DNA from: an uncultured Oscillospiraceae bacterium
GTDB taxonomy: Bacteria > Bacillota > Clostridia > Oscillospirales > Oscillospiraceae
Direction: 5' to 3'
Length of the DNA: 64,000 bases
NCBI GenBank assembly: GCA_944385475.1
Contig: CALWXJ010000003.1
Coordinates: 290-64,289 of the forward strand
Position numbers and translations under genes: made by a program. The notes below the pieces were generated by a model. It was not told the origin of the DNA. It made no database searches and worked only from the letters and a program-made list of their open reading frames with translations. Shown one piece after another: positions 9,339 to 17,859 of this stretch; position 1 is the stretch's first letter; the number at the start of each line of letters is the position of its first letter.

Positions 9339-10506
9339 ATTGGCTGCTGTTTACAAAGGCCAGGTGCTCTTCATAGGTGGCGAAGAAATGGTGCTTTCCG
9401 TCGGTTCCCAAGGCGTAGTAATAATAGCCCGTCTCCTCCGGTTCAAAGGCGGCATTGATAGAGGCCAGGCCCGGATTGGCAATGGGCGTAGGCGGCAGTC
9501 CCGCGTTTTTATAAAGATTGTATGGGGAGTCGGTGGCCTTGTCGGTCTCTGTGATGGGGCCGGTATGATCTGGCAGCGCATACAGAAGAGAGGCGTCGAT
9601 CTGCAAAAGCCCATACGTTCCGGCCTTGTCGCCGCTGCCCTCCAGGCGGTTATAGATCACAGAGGCAATGGTTCCACGGTCTGTTCCGTCAGTCTCCTTT
9701 TCGATCAAAGACGCGATGGTAATGATGTCGTGGAGACTGTATCCCCGCTCTTTAGCCTGGTCCACAAGGGTCATATCCAATTTATTATAGAAATTGTTGA
9801 TCAGCTTATCCAGCGCATCCTCAGGATCGTGGCCAAGGTAGAATTCGTACGTGTCCGGGAACAGATACCCCTCCAGACGGGTGATGTCTTCAGAATCGTT
9901 ATCGATGAAGTCATAATCAAACGTGGCATTTTTCGCCGCATCCATCAGGGCTTCTTCCGTGTTGACCCCATTAGAGGCCAGAAGTTTGATAGTCTGCGTC
10001 ACCGTATAGCCCTCCGGAATGGTGACAGTCACCGTATCGGCGTTCATGTTTCCAGAAGAGCTGTGCATGCCCAGGATCAGCGCCCGGTAATCCATCTCTG
10101 TGTTAAGTTCGTAAGTTCCCAGGCCAATTTTTTCATCGGCATTGGAAAACGCGGCAAACAGGCGGAAAAACCACTTGTACTTAATAAGGCCTGCGTCCTT
10201 GAGCTTCGTGGCAATGGAGCCCATGGTGTCCTCCGCCGTGACTTCCACCGTGGTGGTCAGAGGGTCTTTATTGAATGCGCAAAGGTCCGAGAGCAAAAGC
10301 CAGCCAACTCCTGCTAAGATGGCAGAAGTCACCAGGATGGACAACAGGTAGATTACAGGATTGATCCCCCGTCTTTTGCGGGGGTGGCGTTTTCTCCCCT
10401 GGGCAGGGGGCGTGCTCCGATTGTTTTTTCCCTGGGCCTGTGCCCGGCGGACTTCACCAGCATCCCAGCTGGCAGTTTCCTCTTCTTTTCGGTAGTTTTC
10501 AGACAT
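9328..10506 (-). CDS. mltG: Endolytic transglycosylase MltG
   Basis: TM anchor, TIPEG, LEGYLFPDTY, ASLIEKE, SPYNLY..GLPPTPIANPG. Confidence 0.96.
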   Translation of the reverse strand: MSENYRKEEETASWDAGEVRRAQAQGKNNRSTPPAQGRKRHPRKRRGINPVIYLLSILVTSAILAGVGWLLLSDLCAFNKDPLTTTVEVTAEDTMGSIATKLKDAGLIKYKWFFRLFAAFSNADEKIGLGTYELNTEMDYRALILGMHSSSGNMNADTVTVTIPEGYTVTQTIKLLASNGVNTEEALMDAAKNATFDYDFIDNDSEDITRLEGYLFPDTYEFYLGHDPEDALDKLINNFYNKLDMTLVDQAKERGYSLHDIITIASLIEKETDGTDRGTIASVIYNRLEGSGDKAGTYGLLQIDASLLYALPDHTGPITETDKATDSPYNLYKNAGLPPTPIANPGLASINAAFEPEETGYYYYALGTDGKHHFFATYEEHLAFVNSSQYGG

Positions 10507-10658
10507 GGAAACCTCCATTTCTCCGGCTGCGGCAGCTTGGCCGCGAAAAAACCTAAGGGGGATGATCTTTAAAAATTTATTTTTCCCTGCTGGTCAGGCT
10601 TCCAAACAAGCCTGCGGCGCATAGGATATCTCGAATTCAAGCTGTGAGGTGAACGAAC

Positions 10659-10793
10659 ATGTGCTTTTCCAACGGAGGAAACGACAACTCCTGCATTTGG
10701 CTCATCCTCATCATTCTCTTGGTGATGTGCTGCTGCTGCGGGAACAGCGGGAATGTCTCCAATCGCTGCGGCTGCAACGACAGCTGCTGCTGA
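10659..10793 (+). CDS. 44-aa cysteine-rich small protein, probable spore-associated peptide (not in ORF track)
   Basis: MCFSNGGNDNSCIWLILIILLVMCCCCGNSGNVSNRCGCNDSCC*; GAGGTGA RBS; CATAGGAT -10-like element upstream; hairpin downstream. Confidence 0.8.
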   Translation: MCFSNGGNDNSCIWLILIILLVMCCCCGNSGNVSNRCGCNDSCC

Positions 10794-10853
10794 GCGGGCA
10801 GCAAAGCGGGGCGCGGTAAGCGTCCCGTTTTGCCGGTCCTTCCCGGGACAAGC

Positions 10854-11519
10854 TCACAAGATCCCCTGCAGCCGCTCCCAGATCTCCTGATGGATCTCTT
10901 CTGCCGGACGGACCTGCCCTTCCCTGGCGCAGTCCACCACCCACCAGCGGAGCTCCCTGGCAATCTGCCGGGCACTTTCCCTGCATTGGCGCAAGTAGGC
11001 CTGATCCTGTTCATGGATATCCCCATGGGTCCCTGTGGCGGACTGGCGCTTTTGCAGCATCTGTTCAGAAAGCTCTGTGGGAAGATCCAGATAGATCACC
11101 AGATCCGGCTGAGGCAGCTCCAGACGATGATATTCCAAATCAAAAAGCCAGGTTAAAAACTCCTCCCGCTGCTGCGCCGGGAGCTTTGAGGCTTGGTGCA
11201 CGGCGTTAGAGGTCGTATAGCGGTTAGCCAGGATCAGCATTCCTGCCTGATAGTCCCGCCCCCAGTCCTGCCGAAAGGAGGCATATCGGTCCACGCCGAA
11301 CAAAACAGAGGCAGCATAGGCATTTACATCCCCCGGATGCTGACCCAGAGCCCCTTCCAGATACAGCCGGGCAGGCTCGGCAAAGGGATTGCCATAGCGG
11401 GGGAAATCGATCTGTCGAAAGGCGACCTTCTCCTGCCGCAGGCGCTGCGCCAGCATATGCGCCTGCGTGGCCTTTCCGGATCCGTCCGTTCCTTCAAATA
11501 CGATGAGTCTGCCCTTCAT
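10854..11519 (-). CDS. tmk: Thymidylate kinase
   Basis: FEGTDGSGKATQ P-loop, NRYTTSN, PDLVIYLD. Confidence 0.9.
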   Translation of the reverse strand: MKGRLIVFEGTDGSGKATQAHMLAQRLRQEKVAFRQIDFPRYGNPFAEPARLYLEGALGQHPGDVNAYAASVLFGVDRYASFRQDWGRDYQAGMLILANRYTTSNAVHQASKLPAQQREEFLTWLFDLEYHRLELPQPDLVIYLDLPTELSEQMLQKRQSATGTHGDIHEQDQAYLRQCRESARQIARELRWWVVDCAREGQVRPAEEIHQEIWERLQGIL

Positions 11520-12238
11520 CCGCGCCTTCCCTTCTCCTGCCGTACATGGATCAAAAACAGCGGCAGCTTCATCATCCTACCCAGACGTCTGGGATCTTTA
11601 CATAAGCGATAAAACCATTCCAGCCCATGGTCGGACCAAAACTTCGGAGCCCGCTCCACCACACCGGCGAACACATCCAGGCTGCCGCCCAGCCCGCACA
11701 AAAGCCGGGCGCCGGTGGCCGGCCCGTTTTTTCGCATCCAAAGTTCCTGCTTGGGCGCCCCCAGGCACACAAACACGCACTGGGCGCCGCTGCGGCGGAT
11801 CTCCGCAATTACAGGCCCGTCATCCTGGAAATACCCATCGTGTGTACCGGCGATCACAAGCCCCGGATATTGCCGAGTCAGCTTTTGGGCAGCAATCTCC
11901 GCAACCCCCGGCTTCGCTCCCAATAAATAAAGGGACTTCCCCGCTTTGGCCATCTGCTCCATCAATCCGGCCGCAAATTCAACCCCAGGGACACGGCCTT
12001 TCAGGGGCGTTTTCAAGATGGCGGCTCCCTTTACAACGCCGATCCCATCGGCAAGCACCAGGTCTGCTTTGTTGACAGCTTCCCGGGCCTCCCCATTCTC
12101 TCTGCAGATCTCCACAATCTCCGGATTGGGCGTCACAACGTAATGGCAGCCCTCCGTATCCAGAAGGTCCATTCCCCGCTGCACTGCCTGCTCCATGGTC
12201 AGATTGTCAAATCCAACGCCTAAAATCTCGATCCGCAT
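11516..12238 (-). CDS. tagA: WecB/TagA/CpsF family glycosyltransferase (ManNAc transferase)
   Basis: VVTPNPE, ADGIGVV, HDGYF, LGAPKQE, GLGGSLD, GLEWFYRL; GGAGG-type RBS before ATG 12238. Confidence 0.93.
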   Translation of the reverse strand: MRIEILGVGFDNLTMEQAVQRGMDLLDTEGCHYVVTPNPEIVEICRENGEAREAVNKADLVLADGIGVVKGAAILKTPLKGRVPGVEFAAGLMEQMAKAGKSLYLLGAKPGVAEIAAQKLTRQYPGLVIAGTHDGYFQDDGPVIAEIRRSGAQCVFVCLGAPKQELWMRKNGPATGARLLCGLGGSLDVFAGVVERAPKFWSDHGLEWFYRLCKDPRRLGRMMKLPLFLIHVRQEKGRRG

Positions 12239-12397
12239 GTTACCACCTCGCCTGCCTGCCACATACTCATACAGTTTAGGATTATACCATACGCCCAGCT
12301 TCTTGTCCAACCCTAAAATGTGAATTCCGTCGTCCATAAAAAACAGGGCGGAGACCGTACGATCCATACGGCCTCCGCTCCACCTGCGATAAAATTC

Positions 12398-13312
12398 TCA
12401 AGCGGTTTTTTCCTTCGCGCTCTTTTTCTTCTGGGGGGACGGAAGCTGTGCCAGCATGACTGCCGCCAGCATCAGCGCGCACCCCACATATTCCCGGGTA
12501 CTCATGCGGTCATGGAGCAGCAGGGCTCCGGCAATCGTCGCGAATAATGCCTCCAGACTCAAAAGCAGGGATACCACCGTGGGATTGGATCCCTTCTGCG
12601 CCAGGATCTGCAGTGTATAGCCCACGCCGCTGGCAAAGACGCCCAGATACAAAATCGGCAAAAGGCACTGGGCAAAGCCGGAGGCAGTGACACTTTCCAT
12701 CGCCAGGCTTCCAGCTCCGGAGAGAATGGCCTGCACCAAAAACTGCACGCAGGAAAGATCTGTGCCATCCACCCGCTGTCCGAAATAATCCACCACCAAG
12801 ATATAACCGGAATAGCAAAATGCACATAAGAGGATATAGAAGTCTCCTCTGGTGATGGAAAACCCCTCTGTGACGCAAAGGCAGTAAAGACCCACCACAG
12901 CCAGGGCAACGCCCATCCAGACAGTCTTATTGACCCGTCTGTGGAAGAACAATCCCACAATGGGCACAATGACAATGTACAGCGCTGTGATAAACCCTGC
13001 CTTTCCGGAGCTGGTGGTCTCCATCCCCTTTTGCTGAAGATAGGCGGCAATGGTCAGCGCTGCCCCGCAGAAAAAGCCGCCCAACGCCAATTCCTTCCAG
13101 TTTGTAGAGCGTCTCATCCCTTTGTGCCGCTCCACTCCCCTGCGCCCCAAGCACAAAATCAGCAAAGAGAAAAACGCCACGACGGAACGCGCGGTATTGA
13201 TGGCAAAGGGGGGCAGATATGCAGCGCTGACGCTCTGCGCCGCAAAAGCGCCCCCCCAGATAGCAGCGGCAACAACCGGCAGCACATTTTGCCGAACGTA
13301 ACTAACTTTCAT
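12398..13312 (-). CDS. DMT/EamA family transporter
   Basis: About 10 TM helices in two EamA repeats (IWGGAF, GKAGFITALY, SLLLSLEALF); start position approximate. Confidence 0.9.
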   Translation of the reverse strand: MKVSYVRQNVLPVVAAAIWGGAFAAQSVSAAYLPPFAINTARSVVAFFSLLILCLGRRGVERHKGMRRSTNWKELALGGFFCGAALTIAAYLQQKGMETTSSGKAGFITALYIVIVPIVGLFFHRRVNKTVWMGVALAVVGLYCLCVTEGFSITRGDFYILLCAFCYSGYILVVDYFGQRVDGTDLSCVQFLVQAILSGAGSLAMESVTASGFAQCLLPILYLGVFASGVGYTLQILAQKGSNPTVVSLLLSLEALFATIAGALLLHDRMSTREYVGCALMLAAVMLAQLPSPQKKKSAKEKTA

Positions 13313-13391
13313 ACCTTGTCTCATAACCTTCTCTATGATATACTTCATTAAACACACATTACGGCACATTCTATCATAGGTGGTGGGGGGC

Positions 13392-14009
13392 ATGTCAATA
13401 CTGGGCCCGGAATTTTATGTCAGGGATACTGTGGAGGTTGCCCAGTCCCTGTTGGGCAAGTATCTTGTGCGCAGCTGGCAGGGTGCCCTCCTGGCAGGCC
13501 GCATTGTGGAGACAGAGGCCTATATCGGGCGGTGTGACAAGGCCTGCCATGCCTATCAATACCACCGAACAAAACGGACGGAGACGCTCTTTTCCTCCCC
13601 GGGACATGCCTACATCTATCTCATTTACGGCCTTTACCACTGCCTCAATTTTGTGACCGAGCCGGAGGGAGAGCCTGCCGCAGTTCTGATCCGGGGTCTG
13701 GAACCTATGGCCGGAGTAGAGGAGATGGCCCGTCTGCGCTATGGGGAAAAGCCCTTGACTCCCGCCCGCCTGAAGAGGATGCTGGACGGCCCTGGCAAGC
13801 TGTGCCAGGGCCTTGCCCTGACCCGGGAAGAAAATGGCATTCCGTTATTTGCCCCTCCCCTGCTGGTGTGTGATGACCTTGGGGACGCCGGGCTTCCCGC
13901 CCCTTCTCCGCCGCCCCCCCGGCAGATCGCATCCGGCCCCCGGGTGGGCATCGACTATGCCCAGGAAGCACGGGATTTCCCCTGGCGGTTTCGCCTGCTT
14001 CCCCTGTAA
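13392..14009 (+). CDS. DNA-3-methyladenine glycosylase (MPG/Aag)
   Basis: GRIVETEAY, GHAYIYLIYG, AVLIRGLEP, GPGKLCQ, GPRVGI. Confidence 0.95.
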   Translation: MSILGPEFYVRDTVEVAQSLLGKYLVRSWQGALLAGRIVETEAYIGRCDKACHAYQYHRTKRTETLFSSPGHAYIYLIYGLYHCLNFVTEPEGEPAAVLIRGLEPMAGVEEMARLRYGEKPLTPARLKRMLDGPGKLCQGLALTREENGIPLFAPPLLVCDDLGDAGLPAPSPPPPRQIASGPRVGIDYAQEARDFPWRFRLLPL

Positions 14010-14048
14010 CTATCCGCCATTTTCATGGAAAACGCCAGGAGGTGCGCA

Positions 14049-14708
14049 ATGTTTTTATTTGATATGGATGGGACGCTGATCGACTCCAACGGCATTTGGA
14101 AAGATGTGGACCGCACTTTCCTCTCACGGCGGGGAATCCCCTACACTCACGCCTATTACGAAGGCGTTGCCCATACCATCTTCCCTATGGCGGCCCAGTT
14201 CACAAAGGAGTACTGCCACCTTTCCGAGAGTTGTGAGGAAATCATGGCGGAGTGGATGGAGCTGGCTGGGGACATGTATGCCCACGTATCCATCAAGCCG
14301 GGGGTGCGTGCCTACCTGAAGCAATGCCGGGGAGAAAACCGCCGCATGGCTCTGGTGACTTCCAGCACCCCCACCCACTGCCGTACCGCCCTGCGCCACC
14401 TGGACCTGGAAAAGTATTTTGAACATATCACCTTTGCCCAGGAATTAGGGCTGGAAAAGCGGTCTCCGGAGCTGTGGCAGGAGGCGGCTCGGCGCTCTGA
14501 TGTCCCGCCGGAGAACTGCACGGTATTTGATGACAGCCTGGCCGCCTGTCAGGGAGCCAGGAAGGCCCGCATGCGGGTGGTGGGGGTGTACGACGGTTTT
14601 TTCGCCCAGGATGAACGGGAGATGCGGAATTTTTGCGACGTCTATATCAAAAGCTTTGAACAACTCCTCTACTCACCTGAGGAAAAGGCGCAAAAAAGCG
14701 GAACCTGA
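14049..14708 (+). CDS. HAD family phosphatase
   Basis: FDMDGTLIDS motif I, VTSS, K..P, FDDS motif IV. Confidence 0.92.
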   Translation: MFLFDMDGTLIDSNGIWKDVDRTFLSRRGIPYTHAYYEGVAHTIFPMAAQFTKEYCHLSESCEEIMAEWMELAGDMYAHVSIKPGVRAYLKQCRGENRRMALVTSSTPTHCRTALRHLDLEKYFEHITFAQELGLEKRSPELWQEAARRSDVPPENCTVFDDSLAACQGARKARMRVVGVYDGFFAQDEREMRNFCDVYIKSFEQLLYSPEEKAQKSGT

Positions 14709-14737
14709 TGGGCTTTTTTGAAGTTGCCTTTCCTTGG

Positions 14738-14785
14738 AAAGAGCCGCGGGGCATGTCCTGACAGGACGTGCCCCGCGGCTCTTTT
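14738..14785. terminator. Bidirectional terminator between the HAD gene and pcrA
   Basis: AAAGAGCCGCGGGGCATGTCCTG-A-CAGGACGTGCCCCGCGGCTCTTT long hairpin. Confidence 0.8.
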
Positions 14786-17253
14786 CACAGCTTTTTCATA
14801 TGTTTTCCCGCAGATTTCAGCATGAGCTTTTTTGTGCCCACCTGATCAAAAGCTACTTCCACCAAGGCGTCACCCCCCATGGGGCGGACAGAGAGTACCA
14901 TTCCCTTTCCAAAGGCAGTGTGCTCCACCATCTCCCCCTGGGCAAGCTGCATCAGGGGCTGAGAAGATGCCGCCTCTCTCCGACGGATGGAGGAAGGACC
15001 AGCCTTTGGGGTGGGCGCTGCGGATTGGCCATAGGTCCCAGAGGCAGCAAATCCCCCTCTGCCCCCGGCGGACTGGGAATCTCCCCAGGCCCCGTACCCA
15101 CTCCAGGAAGGCTCCTCCCATCCCGCTGCTGCGCAGCGCTTCTCCGGCCGGCCAAACCAGTCCCGGTTCTCCTCCGGGATCTCTTCCAAAAATCGGGAGG
15201 GCGGATTGGTGCTGGTGCGGCCATAGAGCATTCGCTGACGGCAGTTGGTCAGCGTCAGCTTTTCCTTGGCCCGGGTCATCGCCACGTAGCACAAGCGTCG
15301 CTCCTCCTCCAGCTCCTCCTGGTCGTACTGGGAGGCGGCACCGGGGAAGATCCCCTCCTCCATGCCCACCACATACACCACAGGAAACTCCAGGCCCTTG
15401 GCTGAGTGAATGGTCATGAGGGTAACACAGTTGTCGCCGCCGTCCACGCTGTCTAAGTCCGTATAAAGGGCGATCTCATTGAGGAAGCCGGACAGCGTGG
15501 CATCCTCCGGATCCTGTTCCAAAAAACTCAGGATATTGGATTTGAGCTCCTGGACGTTTTCTATACGGCCCCGGCTCTCCATGTCGTTTTTCTCCTCCAG
15601 GGCCTTGAGGTATCCTGTCTGGTCACAGACGGCATCGTAAAATTCCGGCAGGGCCAACTGCCCCCCCAGCCGCCGCAGAGCATCGATGAGGTCCGCAAAT
15701 TTCAAGAGCTTCGCTGCGGCGCCTTTGAGCGGGGGGAAGAGGTCGGCGTTGCGGAGGATCTCGTACAGGGATGCCCCCTGCTCTCCCGCCAGGGCCTCCA
15801 CCCGCTCTATGGTGGTGGTGCCGATGCCCCGGGGGGGATTGTTGATGATCCGCCGCAGGCGCAGGTCATCCAGAGGGTTACTCAGCACGCACAGATACGC
15901 CAGCATGTCTTTGATCTCCGCCCGGTCAAAAAACTTCACGCCTCCCACCACTTTATAGGGGATGGCGTTGCGCTTCATGGCGTATTCCAGGGCATTGGAC
16001 TGGGCATTCATGCGGTAGAGGATGGCGGCATCCCGAAAATTCCGTCCCCGGCCCACTTCTGTCATCACGTCCCCCGCCACATAGTTGGCCTCGTCGCTTT
16101 CATTGAAGACGGTTTTTACCACCACCTTATCGCCGTTTCCGTTGTCTGTCCAAAGCGTCTTTCCCTTGCGGCCCAGATTGTTGCGGATCACAGCATTGGC
16201 TGCGTCCAGAATATTTTGCGTAGAGCGGTAATTCTGCTCCAGCCGGATGGTCCGGGCGTTTTTGTATTGCTGTTCAAAGTTCAGGATATTTTCGATGTTC
16301 GCACCCCGGAAGCGATAGATGGATTGGTCGTCATCCCCCACCACGCAGAGATTGTTCCTCCCCCCCGCCAGAAGACCGGTGAGCAGGTACTGCAGATGGT
16401 TGGTGTCCTGATACTCATCTACCAAAACATAACGGAATTTATTTTGGTAGTAGGCGAGCACCTCTTTTTCCTGCCGCAGCAGTGTCACGGTGTGATAGAT
16501 GATGTCGTCAAAGTCCAGCGCGTTGGCGCTTCGCAGTTTCTTTTCATAGGCGGCGTAGATTTTGGCGATGCGGGCCATTTTCCAGTCATTTTCATTGCTG
16601 TGGGCCTTGGCAAAGTCCTCGGGGCTCTCATAGCGGTCCTTGGCGCCGCTGATAACACCCAGGACGCTTCTGGGGGCAAAGGCCTTCTCGTCCAGATTCA
16701 GCTCTTTTAAAATATCCTTGATGACCCGTTTGGAGTCCTCCGTATCGTAGATGGTAAAATTTTTGTCAAATCCGATCCGGTCGATATCCCGCCGCAGGAT
16801 CCGCACACAGGCGGAGTGAAAAGTGGAGGCCCAAATCTCATTGGCAGCCGGCCCAAGCCTGGCCGCCAAGCGGTCTTTCAGCTCCCCTGCCGCCTTATTG
16901 GTGAAGGTGATGGCGATGATCTCCCAGGGGCGGGGGGGATCCACGGCGCACAGCTGACGGGCCCGGTGGATATCCTCTGCCTGGGGCTGCTGGGGAAATT
17001 GCTCCAAAAACAGCAGATCTTCCTCCGTGGCCTGGGGGGGTACATCCTGGCAGTCGCTGCCCCGGCCATAGGTCAAGAGGGTATAGATCCGCTGGATCAG
17101 GACGGTGGTTTTGCCGCTGCCGGCGCCTGCCAGGAGCAAAAGCGGCCCTTCCGTGGCCATGGCGGCCTGACGCTGCATAGGGTTTAGCTGCTGCAGATCC
17201 CGGGCAATCACCGCTTTGCGGGCTTTGATAAATCGCGCTTGAAAATCCTTCAT
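14785..17253 (-). CDS. pcrA: ATP-dependent DNA helicase PcrA/UvrD
   Basis: AGAGSGKT, TFTNKAA, DEYQD, GDDDQSIYRFRGA, LEQNYRS, HSAKGLEF, EERRLCYVAMTRA; C-terminal Tudor-like domain. Confidence 0.98.
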   Translation of the reverse strand: MKDFQARFIKARKAVIARDLQQLNPMQRQAAMATEGPLLLLAGAGSGKTTVLIQRIYTLLTYGRGSDCQDVPPQATEEDLLFLEQFPQQPQAEDIHRARQLCAVDPPRPWEIIAITFTNKAAGELKDRLAARLGPAANEIWASTFHSACVRILRRDIDRIGFDKNFTIYDTEDSKRVIKDILKELNLDEKAFAPRSVLGVISGAKDRYESPEDFAKAHSNENDWKMARIAKIYAAYEKKLRSANALDFDDIIYHTVTLLRQEKEVLAYYQNKFRYVLVDEYQDTNHLQYLLTGLLAGGRNNLCVVGDDDQSIYRFRGANIENILNFEQQYKNARTIRLEQNYRSTQNILDAANAVIRNNLGRKGKTLWTDNGNGDKVVVKTVFNESDEANYVAGDVMTEVGRGRNFRDAAILYRMNAQSNALEYAMKRNAIPYKVVGGVKFFDRAEIKDMLAYLCVLSNPLDDLRLRRIINNPPRGIGTTTIERVEALAGEQGASLYEILRNADLFPPLKGAAAKLLKFADLIDALRRLGGQLALPEFYDAVCDQTGYLKALEEKNDMESRGRIENVQELKSNILSFLEQDPEDATLSGFLNEIALYTDLDSVDGGDNCVTLMTIHSAKGLEFPVVYVVGMEEGIFPGAASQYDQEELEEERRLCYVAMTRAKEKLTLTNCRQRMLYGRTSTNPPSRFLEEIPEENRDWFGRPEKRCAAAGWEEPSWSGYGAWGDSQSAGGRGGFAASGTYGQSAAPTPKAGPSSIRRREAASSQPLMQLAQGEMVEHTAFGKGMVLSVRPMGGDALVEVAFDQVGTKKLMLKSAGKHMKKL

Positions 17254-17405
17254 ATCCGCACCTTAGTTTTCTCAATTTTAAACACCATTTTACGGCAAAA
17301 TTTCATGCCGGTCAACGGAAGATTTTCCTCCCGCCTCTCCCCCGTCCTCCCTGCTCACAGACACTGCCTTTTGGGAGATGTTTCCCATTTGTAATCAAAT
17401 TATGG

Positions 17406-17459
17406 TTGACAAATGTCTACCTCTTTGCTATGTTCAAGGTACAGAAGGTAGACGTTTGT
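17406..17459 (+). promoter_or_regulatory. sigmaA promoter of blaI-M56 overlapped by an inverted-repeat BlaI-type operator
   Basis: TTGACA(17406)-N17-TATGTT with TG extension; ACAAATGTCTACCT (17409-22) / AGGTAGACGTTTGT (17446-59) match 13/14 as an inverted repeat; GACAnnTGTC resembles the BlaI/MecI/CopY box TACAnnTGTA. Confidence 0.75.
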
Positions 17460-17481
17460 ATACCACTTGGAGGTGACGCCT

Positions 17482-17859
17482 GTGAAAATGAACCTTTCCG
17501 ACAGTGAGTGGAAGCTGATGAACCGCCTGTGGGAGTTTGCTCCCCGCACCATTACAGAGCTGACGGCCGCTGTGAAGGCGGAGACGGGCTGGAGCAAAAA
17601 TACCGTCATCACGATGCTCTCCCGTCTGGAGGCCAAAGGGGCCATCCGTCATGAGGAGGGAGTGCGGGCCAAGCAATACTTTCCCGCCATTCCCCGGGAG
17701 GACGCCGCCATCGCAGAGACAGAGAGCTTCCTGTCCAAGGTCTACGGGGGCAGCCTGGGCCTGATGGTGAGCAACCTGGTAGAAAACCGGGCTTTGACAG
17801 AGGCGGACATTGCAGAGCTTTCCGCGATCTTGGAACGCGCAGGAGGTGAAGAGGCATGA
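17482..17859 (+). CDS. BlaI/MecI/CopY family transcriptional repressor
   Basis: LSDSEWKLMNRLW, WSKNTVITMLSRLEAKG, FLSKVYGGS; ATGA overlap with the M56 gene. Confidence 0.95.
   Translation: MKMNLSDSEWKLMNRLWEFAPRTITELTAAVKAETGWSKNTVITMLSRLEAKGAIRHEEGVRAKQYFPAIPREDAAIAETESFLSKVYGGSLGLMVSNLVENRALTEADIAELSAILERAGGEEA

Noticed and set aside
14738-14785. Long GC-rich palindromes as REP/MITE or CRISPR elements
   Set aside because: Each is unique in sequence and sits at gene ends, consistent with intrinsic terminators; there is no repeat-spacer periodicity
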